A DNA stretch of 59,460 bases from a bacterium (GCA_050695215.1 JBOGSD010000013.1:1-59460); one strand, 5' to 3'. Positions 8,110 through 16,210 are shown, counted from the stretch's first letter. Notes: generated from the sequence alone by a model not told the origin. Program-made: numbers and translations.

Positions 8110-9822
8110 TCAGACGATGAAGGGGTCCCAGCCGCCGTAACGGTTCCGGATGGGACCGCGCGGAATGCTCAGCACGATCAGGAGGGCGCCGGCGACGAGG
8201 GCGTTCACGCGGGCGGCGAGAGAGGCGCCTGGCAGGACCCAGAGCGCGACGGGAATCGCCAGGGCCAGCAAGATGTTGAGGAATCTGGTCACGCGCCCCA
8301 CCTCGGCGAAGGCGATGAAGACGACGGTGACGATCAGCGCCCCGAGGATGCTCTCTGCGTCCGCGGCGGCGCCGGTCGTCCCGAAGACCGCCCGTGAGGC
8401 GAAGAGCCAGGCACCCAGGGCCGCGCCGGCCAGCAGCGGCCACGGGACGTTGGCCCCCCAGAACATCTCCGCCCAAGGGTTCCGGCGTCGTCGTTCCACC
8501 CCGATCTCCTCCACCGGGCGAGGGAGGCTCCCGCCGATCCAGAACAGCCGCCAGGCGGACAGTCCCGCACGCCGCCCGATAACCAGGAACTGCACCATCG
8601 CGACAATCTCGTCGAGCGACAGCGTCACCATGATCAGCATCAAGAGCGCCGACGTCAGGCAGAGCGTGCACCAGGCCCCCACGGCCACCGGCTGGAGCAT
8701 GATCAGGATGACGCTGGTGATCCCCAGCGGGATCACGGCGAAGCCGAACATGGCCACCATCCACGGCATCGTCCGCCACCGCCGCGAGTCGCCCATCAGC
8801 CCCGAGAGGATCTCGATCAGGTAGGTGTAGGCGCCGAGCCCGGCATCGGAGATCGGGAAGGCGCGCGACACGTCGGAGGTCAGGACCAGCTCGGTCCCCT
8901 TACCGAAGATCGGGTCCCAGGCCGTCGGGATGTGCCCTAGCTGAAAGGCCGCCATGTAGCGCGACATGAAGAAGCTGAGAAAGGCCAGTGCGATGATCGG
9001 GCCGCGCTGCGGCCAGGTGGAGGGGCTGTAGGTCCAGCCCGGCGGGATGTCGGGCCCCGGCATCTCTGTGCGCATGGGGATGATCACGGCGAAGGCGATG
9101 ACCAGCATGCCGACCAGGGTGTCGTTGGCGTAGGCCACCGCGTCGGGCGACCAAAAGGCCAGGGGCGCGAACATCAGCCACAGCCCAACGACCGCGTTCG
9201 CCCAGGGCGCCCAGGGGCGGCGTCCCACGCTCAGCGCGCCGAAGGAGATGACCAGTAGCCCACTGATGATGTCGCTCCAGACCAGTGCGCCGGCACGGTA
9301 GCCGAAAGCCAAGGGACTGGCGACGAGCCAGGCGCCCAGCGGCAAGACCGCGATTTGGGCCCAGCGTTCCATCAACAGGTGCCGGGCCATCAGCACGCCC
9401 ATGTCGAGTTCCTTCGCCTTCGCGTCCGCTTGCGCGCTGGACGCCGGCTCGATCTCCTGGAGGAGGGCCGCCTCGTGCGCCAGCAGCGCCTCAGGCAGCT
9501 CGCGCACCAGCGCCTGCCGTTCCTGCATGGACTTCATCATTTCGATGTGCCCACGGGGATCGGTGTCCATGAAGCCCTGGGCCTCGGCATCGTGGCGGCG
9601 TTGCTCCGCGAACTCGCGCCGGCGCTCCCGTTCCAGGAGCGCCTGAAGCGCGCGCATCTCCTGAAGGTGTTCTAGCTTCGGCTGCACAGAGCCGGTGGGC
9701 GCTTCATGGGCCATCTCGTGCCCGGCGTCGCCGCCGGCCTCCGAGGACGGCTGCGGCGCCGCGCCGTGGGCGCCATGGTGGTCTGAAGAAACCCTATGGG
9801 AGTCTTTGTGATCTCCCTTCAT
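8110..9822 (-). CDS. Polytopic membrane protein: His-rich N-terminus, SPW-repeat-like segments, VKOR-like domain with a TM CxxC
   Basis: 570 aa: N-terminal HKDSHRVSSDHHGAHG; LVASPLAFGY / LMFAPLAFWSP segments; AWCTLCLTSALL in a TM helix. Confidence 0.45.
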   Translation of the reverse strand: MKGDHKDSHRVSSDHHGAHGAAPQPSSEAGGDAGHEMAHEAPTGSVQPKLEHLQEMRALQALLERERRREFAEQRRHDAEAQGFMDTDPRGHIEMMKSMQERQALVRELPEALLAHEAALLQEIEPASSAQADAKAKELDMGVLMARHLLMERWAQIAVLPLGAWLVASPLAFGYRAGALVWSDIISGLLVISFGALSVGRRPWAPWANAVVGLWLMFAPLAFWSPDAVAYANDTLVGMLVIAFAVIIPMRTEMPGPDIPPGWTYSPSTWPQRGPIIALAFLSFFMSRYMAAFQLGHIPTAWDPIFGKGTELVLTSDVSRAFPISDAGLGAYTYLIEILSGLMGDSRRWRTMPWMVAMFGFAVIPLGITSVILIMLQPVAVGAWCTLCLTSALLMLIMVTLSLDEIVAMVQFLVIGRRAGLSAWRLFWIGGSLPRPVEEIGVERRRRNPWAEMFWGANVPWPLLAGAALGAWLFASRAVFGTTGAAADAESILGALIVTVVFIAFAEVGRVTRFLNILLALAIPVALWVLPGASLAARVNALVAGALLIVLSIPRGPIRNRYGGWDPFIV

Positions 9823-10994
9823 GGCCTCATCATCGTCTCATCATGGACGGGCATGCCGCCGCGCAGCATGTCGTTCACCTCATCCAACCGGCGGGCGTCC
9901 AGCTCCACATCCGGAGGCGCCGGCTCGACCTCCGCCAGCCACGCCGGCGTCTCCAGTCCGTTCTCCCGGTACCAGGCCCAGGGGTCGGCCTTCAGCGCGG
10001 CGACGATCATCGGCAGTGTCTCGCGCAGGCGCCGCTTCGGCGCCCATGAAAGAAGCGCCCGGGCCCGCGCAATATCCAGTTCGAAGTGGTCGTCTGCCAG
10101 CTCAATCATCCAGGGCTTGATGAACGGCTTCCGCCCCAGCGGAAGCGTATCCTGAAGCCACGCGCCCAGTTTCGCCGGAGACTTGGGGATCTGCCGGGTT
10201 TTCCACTCCTCGCCGTGGATGAGACCTCCCAGGAGGACCTGCATCTCTCCGTACCCCACCGTCTCGGGCTCGCCGGCCAGGAGAACCAGCTCGGACGGCA
10301 GGTCCCCACGGCGTTCCACGAGCCGGACGTAGAGGTCGACCACATCCTGCAGATGGATCAGCGCTTGTCCGTGGGAGAGATTCCCCGGGAAGGCGTAGGC
10401 GGTGAGGTCCCGCTCGAAGATTCGCTGAATCTGGCGGGGCAGCGGCGCGGTGTGACCCAGGTCATCGTACACTCCGGCGAGTCGCAGGATCACCGCGGGA
10501 ATGTCGCCACGCTCCGTCCGGATCACCTGCTCCGTGCGCACCTTCGACTCCGGGTAGGGCCAAGCCGGGCGCAGCGGCCAGTCTTCAGTGATCGGGCGCC
10601 CCGGGCTGGTGGGCGCGTGCACCAGCATCGTGCTGGCGAAGATGAACTGCTCCACGCGGAACATCTCGCGCAGTAGACGGAGCAGCCGCTGCGTGCCACG
10701 GACGGTGACCTTGTCGTAGAGCGGGCTGGGGGCGCCGGAGAAATCGTAGTACGCCGCCAGGTGGACGACCGAGGCGAGACGGTCGCCGTGGATGTCGCGG
10801 ACCGCCTGTAGGGCCCGCCGCAGGCTGGGTTCAGAGGTCAGATCCGTATACAGACACTCCGCCGTGGGCGGCGGATGGGACGGGGCCCGCCGGTCGAATC
10901 CCACGACGGAGAACGTCTCGCTGAACCGCTTGGCTACCGCGTAGCCGAGGTAGCCGCTGCTCCCCGTGACGAGAATCGTTCCGGCTTCTTTCAT
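9819..10994 (-). CDS. NAD(P)-dependent epimerase/dehydratase (extended SDR)
   Basis: ILVTGSSGYLGYAV Rossmann motif. 391 aa. Confidence 0.8.
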   Translation of the reverse strand: MKEAGTILVTGSSGYLGYAVAKRFSETFSVVGFDRRAPSHPPPTAECLYTDLTSEPSLRRALQAVRDIHGDRLASVVHLAAYYDFSGAPSPLYDKVTVRGTQRLLRLLREMFRVEQFIFASTMLVHAPTSPGRPITEDWPLRPAWPYPESKVRTEQVIRTERGDIPAVILRLAGVYDDLGHTAPLPRQIQRIFERDLTAYAFPGNLSHGQALIHLQDVVDLYVRLVERRGDLPSELVLLAGEPETVGYGEMQVLLGGLIHGEEWKTRQIPKSPAKLGAWLQDTLPLGRKPFIKPWMIELADDHFELDIARARALLSWAPKRRLRETLPMIVAALKADPWAWYRENGLETPAWLAEVEPAPPDVELDARRLDEVNDMLRGGMPVHDETMMRP

Positions 10995-11013
10995 CGCTTT
11001 CGCAGCCAGCGCA

Positions 11014-11030
11014 CACTACGACAAGAAGTG
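11014..11030. promoter_or_regulatory. Operator site 7: CACTAC-GACAA-GAAGTG
   Basis: Lies in the divergent intergenic region, 20 bp from the epimerase start (10994) and upstream of 11143. A TATATT -10-like hexamer is at 11036-11041. Confidence 0.5.
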
Positions 11031-11142
11031 TGTCATATATTTCCCCGGAGGCGAGGGGGACTCCCGCCCGCCGGCGCTGCATCTTCTGTTGAGGTGGAGG
11101 ACTGAGAATCGTACCCTGAACATTGGTGGAAGGGATGGCGAA

Positions 11143-12108
11143 GTGCTCAGGAAGCTGACGCTCATTGGGCTGTTAATCTTTCTGACCAGTCCGGCTCGGG
11201 CCGAGCCGATTGTGACGATCCGTGGCCATGTCCTCAACGGCACATTTGACCGGCGGCCGCTTCCCGGACGGTTCGTTCAAGTCGTCCGGATGAGCAGGGA
11301 AGGCGTCGTGATCGCGTCAGTCCGGACAAACGCCAACGGGGAATTCACCGCGAGGATACCCGAAAGCGACGGCACCTACGTCGTGGTCGCTCGCCATGGC
11401 GAGGTGGAGTACGCCAGTGAGCCGTTCCGGCTGAAACCCGGTCCCCCGGCGCGGATCAACGTCGTCGTGTACGAACCCACAACCCTCCGGCCGCCGCTCG
11501 TCTTTCCCTTTCGCATTGTCTTGATCGATCGTTTCGGGGCCGGCGTCATTTCCGTGCGAGAGGTCGTGGCCATTGCAAACCCATGGCCTCGCACATACAT
11601 CGGTCAACGTTCGCCGCAAGAGGGGTTCACGTTGACCCTGGCGTTGCCCCAAGGCGCCGAAGCGGTCGAAGTGCTGCGCGGTCTCGGGTCGGCGTCCCTC
11701 GAGAAAGGACGCCTCATCGACCGAGCCCCCTTGCAGCCCGGAGAGCACGAGATCGCGTATGCATACCAAGTCCGTTATTGGGGCACGAAAGCGCGGTTGA
11801 GGTGGGCGTTGGACGAGGACACCGGAAGCATGGATGTCTTCGCGCCCGACCAGGGTGAACGGCTCGCCAGCAATGTCCTAGAGGCCAAGCCTTCCGGCAT
11901 GGTCAAAGGGCAGCGATTCCTTCGCCTGGCCCGAGACGAGCTGCGCAGTGGTGAGGTCGTCGAAGTGATAGTGACGGGATTGCCGGGGAACTACTCGCCG
12001 GTCGTGCCCTTCCTGGCGATCGTGCTGGCGGTGGTCCTTTCAAGCAGCACGCTCATGGCGATCCGGAAGGCCAAGAAGGACCAGATCAGCTCGATGGCGT
12101 CCGACTGA
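11143..12108 (+). CDS. Membrane-anchored exported protein with carboxypeptidase-regulatory-like domain, paralog 2
   Basis: ORF 10966..12108. GTG 11143 gives signal peptide VLRKLTLIGLLIFLTSPARA. IRGHVLNGTF...NANGEFT. C-terminal TM helix. Confidence 0.6.
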   Translation: MLRKLTLIGLLIFLTSPARAEPIVTIRGHVLNGTFDRRPLPGRFVQVVRMSREGVVIASVRTNANGEFTARIPESDGTYVVVARHGEVEYASEPFRLKPGPPARINVVVYEPTTLRPPLVFPFRIVLIDRFGAGVISVREVVAIANPWPRTYIGQRSPQEGFTLTLALPQGAEAVEVLRGLGSASLEKGRLIDRAPLQPGEHEIAYAYQVRYWGTKARLRWALDEDTGSMDVFAPDQGERLASNVLEAKPSGMVKGQRFLRLARDELRSGEVVEVIVTGLPGNYSPVVPFLAIVLAVVLSSSTLMAIRKAKKDQISSMASD

Positions 12109-12784
12109 GCATCCTGACGATTTGCAAGAGCTGAGCGGCATGCTGGCCGAACAAGATATCGACCCGCTGGACACGGATCGCGCCCTGAGGGTCCACCACG
12201 ACAAAACCCATTTGGGCAACTCCCCTCATGCCCCCCATGGGTTGCCCCCGTTTCGGCAGCATATCGTAGCGCTCCGCCACCGCGAGATCACCGTCTAACA
12301 GTACCGGAAACGAGATCCCGGTGATCCGGAGGAGTCTGCGGGATTCCTCCGGCGTGTCCCTGTTCACCACATAAACGTCTGCGCGCTCACTGAGGACTTC
12401 CCTTTCCCTTGACCGCTGCAGCTCCACGAGCTGCTCGAGACAGAGCTGTCAGCCGACCCCCATGTGGAAAATGATCACGGTGGGGCGGCCCTTCCCCCGA
12501 GGGACGGTATGTTTCTCACCGTCGGCGGTGGAAAGTGCGAATGAGGGTGCCTGCCTCCCGACCAGGGTATTGACCTCCTGCGAGACCTCCCGTCCGCCGG
12601 CCGGACCCGGCAACCGTGTGTCCGTCGATTGCTGCTCGCCGCGCGATGCCAGCCAGATGCCTGCGACGAGGAGAGCGAGCACGATCGCCCCGCCCGCCCA
12701 CCAGGCGATCGAGGTCCTGGACCTGCGGCGTCCGCGCCGATGCTGCGGGGGCGAGCGCTTCACCCTGGCCTTTTGCGGGGTCAT
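12086..12784 (-). CDS. Membrane-anchored Prx/redoxin-like selenoprotein candidate (UxxC; Sec codon 12449-12451)
   Basis: ORFs 12449..12841 and 12086..12427 share one frame. Joined, they read VIIFHMGVG-U-QLCLEQLVELQRS...FPVLLDGDLAVAERYD. The TGA aligns to the first Cys of CQPC in paralog 26160..26780. ATG 12784 overlaps the cytochrome stop (ATGA). Confidence 0.7.
12418..12434 (-). promoter_or_regulatory. SECIS-like hairpin 14 nt downstream of TGA 12449-12451
   Basis: mRNA sense GCAGCUC-GUG-GAGCUGC: 7-bp stem with a GU-containing apical loop. Confidence 0.4.
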
Positions 12785-13284
12785 GGCTGTTTCTCCCCCG
12801 GGGAGCCGGTCTGCTCGCGCCTGCTCTCTCCCAGTTGCCATCGGCGGTGCTCTTGCGACCAGAGGCTCTTGAAGTAGGCGATCACGGCGCCGATCTCTTC
12901 ATCGCTAAGTTTGTCTTTGAAGGGCGGCATCGTAAGCTCCGGCGTCTTGTTGAACGGATCCCGCCAGCCATTCCGGATGATTTGGGACAACTCCTTGTCG
13001 CCGTGCCGCCACGTATGCCCGGTGTCATCGTGCGGCGGCGGCGGGAGATTGCCGCGAGCGTCCGGTTTGGTCCAGTCCGTGGCCCCTTCCGCGCGCGGTC
13101 CGTGACAGCTCGCGCAGGACTTCAGATATACCGCTCGCCCCTCAGCGACCTCCGCAGGATCGAGCGGAGGAAGTCTTCCCGATGTCGTCTCTGGACCGAG
13201 ACGCGTACAGGAGGTCAGGGCGAGGATCACCAGTATTAGCAAGAACAGCGAACCGAAGCCGAGCCCGTGTGGTCCGATTCTCAC
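12781..13284 (-). CDS. Monoheme c-type cytochrome lipoprotein, paralog 2
   Basis: LALTSC lipobox and CASCH heme motif. GTG start at 13284. Confidence 0.8.
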   Translation of the reverse strand: MRIGPHGLGFGSLFLLILVILALTSCTRLGPETTSGRLPPLDPAEVAEGRAVYLKSCASCHGPRAEGATDWTKPDARGNLPPPPHDDTGHTWRHGDKELSQIIRNGWRDPFNKTPELTMPPFKDKLSDEEIGAVIAYFKSLWSQEHRRWQLGESRREQTGSPGEKQP

Positions 13285-13307
13285 AGAACCCGCTGCGCCA
13301 AGGTTCT

Positions 13308-14216
13308 CTACTGCGTCACCTTCCGCCAGCTTATGCCGCCGCCCCGACTCGCCAGGAGCGTTCCGTCGGCGGCAATGGCGAAGAGGCGCTGCGGAAGGCG
13401 GGGGTGTTGTGCGAGCGCCGCCAGGCTTCCCGCCCCTGAGGGAAGAGTCACTGGGCGCCAGGTCCGTCCTGCGTCCGGGGAACGAAAGAGCCCGGCAGGG
13501 CCTGCGGCAAAGACCAGGCGCGGGTTGCGGAGATCGACAAGTACGGCGGCAGCCTCACTGGGGGTGGGCCACCGGCCCACCTGGCGCCACCCTCAGAAAC
13601 AATCCATGCTGATGTAGGGGCCCTCTTTGGTCCCGGCATAGAGCCAGCCGGTATTCATGCTGCCCTCGAGGGGCGAGTGCGCGAGCGCCAGGACCGGCTG
13701 TGCGGCGGGGCCGCCATCCATGCGCTGCCATCGCTGGCCGCTATCCTCCGTCCGGTACATCCCCTTTCCGCGCAGGGAGACAAAAAGGGTTGCGCGCCGG
13801 GAGGCGTGGATGGCCAAGGCCTCGACGTCCGTGGAGGAGAGCCCGGTGTTGATCTGCTGCCACGTGGCGCCGCTGTCCCGGCTCATGAGGACCCCTGCAC
13901 CGGGGCCGGCCGCGTATATTACGTCAGGCTTCTCTGGATTGACCACGACCTGGCTGACGCCGGTGGACGCAAAGCGGGCGGGAAGGGGAAGCGGCACCCA
14001 GCGACGCCCGCCGTCTTTACTGCGGAACAGCTGGGCCGAGGCGGCCTTGAGCAGATCGCCATTGCGCGGATCGACTGCAAGGCCGATTTGCGGGCGCCCC
14101 GGCGAAACAGACACGGGCGCCGCCACCCCGGAGGAACTCGATTCGCGCCTGTAGACGACGACAGCCCCCAGCAAGAGGAAGACCGCCAGGGACGCGATCA
14201 GGATGCGTGCCCTCAA
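13308..14216 (-). CDS. TM-anchored six-bladed BNR/Asp-box beta-propeller (Ycf48/sialidase-like) with in-frame TGA 13593-13595
   Basis: ORFs 13593..14369 and 13308..13580 share one frame. Asp-boxes: SKDGGRRW, SRDSGATW, TEDSGQRW, SMDCF-TGA-GW, SPDAGRTW, SRGGGISW. Start tentatively TTG 14216, overlapping the Rieske stop. Confidence 0.5.
13563..13581 (-). promoter_or_regulatory. SECIS-like hairpin 11 nt downstream of TGA 13593-13595
   Basis: mRNA sense GGUGGGCC-GGU-GGCCCACC: perfect 8-bp stem. Confidence 0.4.
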
Positions 14217-14884
14217 GCGATGCCCCCCGACTCGACGTCGGTGACCACGATCTGCTCGCCGCGGATCTCGTACAGGAACGTCCGCGGCGGGCGCGGCGCA
14301 GGGCCGGAAAGAACGCGGCCCGGCTGCTCGGGGTCTGCTGGATCGAAGATGGAGAGGTGGCAGGGGCACGCCATCAGGGCGTGCTGGCGCTCCTTGGGCG
14401 GCCTGTAGCCGCCATAGCCAGCCGTAACCTCTGCGTGGTTCGAGACATAGTTATAGATGCACCCCAAGTGGGGGCAGATGCGGGAGAAGACAATGAGATT
14501 GCTCTCTCGTCCAACAAACTCGGGTTTGTTAATGGCGCGGGCCCAGTCCCAAGGGAGCCTGACTTTCCCGGGCAGGCGGACCACCACTGCAGGCACGTTC
14601 GCCGAGCGCAGCCCTTCCGGCGTGTACTGCGGGTACTTCTGAGTGAATACGAAATACTTGAAGTCCCACGACCTCTGGACCTCGGACAGCGCCGCGGCGA
14701 CGGTCGTCTCCCCTCGAGGGATGTCGCGCACGGTAGGACGATACAGCACCTCAAATGGCTTCATGTTGGGTTTGAGCATCCTCAGGAGAGGCGATAAGAA
14801 GGCAGCGGCGGCGGCGACAAGCGGCAGGGACGTGACGAGTTTCAGGAAGCCGCGACGATCCAGGCCCTTTAGCTCCGTGGCCAT
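14213..14884 (-). CDS. Rieske [2Fe-2S] protein with Tat signal
   Basis: DRRGFLK twin-arginine signal. CPHLGC ... CPCH cluster motifs. Confidence 0.85.
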   Translation of the reverse strand: MATELKGLDRRGFLKLVTSLPLVAAAAAFLSPLLRMLKPNMKPFEVLYRPTVRDIPRGETTVAAALSEVQRSWDFKYFVFTQKYPQYTPEGLRSANVPAVVVRLPGKVRLPWDWARAINKPEFVGRESNLIVFSRICPHLGCIYNYVSNHAEVTAGYGGYRPPKERQHALMACPCHLSIFDPADPEQPGRVLSGPAPRPPRTFLYEIRGEQIVVTDVESGGIA

Positions 14885-14909
14885 CCTTCCTCACCCCGCG
14901 CGTGCTTTT

Positions 14910-14926
14910 CCTTACAGATTGTAGTG
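14910..14926. promoter_or_regulatory. Operator site 1: CCTTAC-AGATT-GTAGTG, overlapping the Rieske-operon promoter
   Basis: Minus sense TTGTCC(14942-14947)-N18-TACAAT(14918-14923). The operator overlaps the -10. RBS GGTGAGGAAGG precedes ATG 14884. Confidence 0.55.
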
Positions 14927-14967
14927 TAAACCTGCCCTGTAGGACAACCTGTGGAAAGCCCGGGCTT

Positions 14968-15873
14968 CTAAACCGGACAAACCGTCAAAATGGGGAAGAC
15001 ATTCAACGCCCAGACGAGCCCGTAGAGCCCGGCCGCCGGTCCCAGGACAACCGCCACTGCCACCCAGCTCTCGAGGAGCGCCCGAGGGGACGCTCCGGGC
15101 AGGTCCACGCCTCGCCCCAGCAGCAGTGAGAGCCGGACATCTGTCACGCTCGTGAAAGCGCTGGCCGGCGTGACAGCGGGCGCCGGGTTGAGGAGCTTGA
15201 GCATGGCAGAGGAGAGGCTGACCGAATCGCCAAGTCGCGCCAGGGCGTACTGGTCGGCGGCAAGCTCCAGGGCGGCCTGCTGTCGCACGGCCAGAGCCTT
15301 CGCAACGGGAAGATAGAAGAACCCGGCGGCCAGCGCCCTGGACACAAGCAGAGCCAGGGGGTCCCTGTGCACAGCATGGCTCGCCTCATGGAGGAGGACG
15401 GCTTCGAGCTCGCCTTCATCGAGGCGCTCGATCAGCCCGGTGGAAATGATGATCTTTGGCGCAAAGAGGCCCGCGGTGAGCGCGTATGGCCGGACGTCGC
15501 CGACGGCGACGACGTGATCCATCAACCCCAGCGTGTGGAGGACAGGGAGGAGCTCTAAGGGCAAGCCCACAGCGTGACGCCTGAGGGACCGGACATACCG
15601 CCACGTCTCCCACCATTTGCTCAGCGCGGCGGCGAGCCAGAAGACGGCGGCGGCCAGACCCGCCAGCATTACAACGACCGCCAAGCCCTGAACCACATCC
15701 GGCAGGACGCGCCACACACGGAGGCACATGTGGCCCAGCGCCGTCAAGGCTCCCCGGAAGGCCTTTGCGCCAAGCACGGCGGCCACGCCAAGGGCAAGAG
15801 AGGCCACGACGGACACGACCACGACGCCCCACAGCGCACGGACTGCCTCTTTACGGTAATCGGCTTGGTCCAC
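14968..15873 (-). CDS. M56-family (BlaR1-like) membrane metalloprotease without extracellular sensor domain
   Basis: 301 aa, multiple TM helices, LLHEASHAVHRDPLALL (HEXXH). Confidence 0.8.
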   Translation of the reverse strand: MDQADYRKEAVRALWGVVVVSVVASLALGVAAVLGAKAFRGALTALGHMCLRVWRVLPDVVQGLAVVVMLAGLAAAVFWLAAALSKWWETWRYVRSLRRHAVGLPLELLPVLHTLGLMDHVVAVGDVRPYALTAGLFAPKIIISTGLIERLDEGELEAVLLHEASHAVHRDPLALLVSRALAAGFFYLPVAKALAVRQQAALELAADQYALARLGDSVSLSSAMLKLLNPAPAVTPASAFTSVTDVRLSLLLGRGVDLPGASPRALLESWVAVAVVLGPAAGLYGLVWALNVFPILTVCPV

Positions 15874-15918
15874 TTGCGCCTGCCTCCTGACCTAGGCCCG
15901 CTGCCGATGGGCCGTCTT

Positions 15919-15935
15919 CGCTACAAAGTCTAGTG
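15919..15935. promoter_or_regulatory. Operator site 2: CGCTAC-AAAGT-CTAGTG, upstream of the M56 gene
   Basis: Minus sense TTGACC-N18-TAGACT, with the operator over the -10. Confidence 0.5.
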
Positions 15936-15952
15936 TTTTCCGGGCGGATGGG

Positions 15953-16201
15953 TCAACGACGCGACTTCTTCGGCCTCCCCCAGGCGGCGGTCAGCACGAT
16001 GGCCGCGCCGGCCAACAGCATGCCCTGGGCCACGACGTTCCAGAGATGCTCGGTCAGGGCGATGCCCGTACCGTGAGCAGCAAGCACCGCGAACCCGCCG
16101 AGGATCGAGGTCCATCCGAGCGCCAGGACCAGCAGATGCCGCATGGCGTGAGGGCGGCGAGGGCTGAGCGCCATGCGAGAGCCTGATTTTGACCGAGGCA
16201 T
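15953..16201 (-). CDS. Small two-TM membrane protein
   Basis: 82-aa ORF with two hydrophobic helices, positioned inside the operon. Confidence 0.4.
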   Translation of the reverse strand: MPRSKSGSRMALSPRRPHAMRHLLVLALGWTSILGGFAVLAAHGTGIALTEHLWNVVAQGMLLAGAAIVLTAAWGRPKKSRR

Positions 16202-16210
16202 AAAGAGCGT

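Noticed and set aside
13285-13307. AGAACC-N11-GGTTCT hairpin between the propeller and cytochrome c genes.
   Set aside because: The stem is a weak 6 bp with a large loop, inside a 23-nt coupling spacer. It has no distinguishing features.
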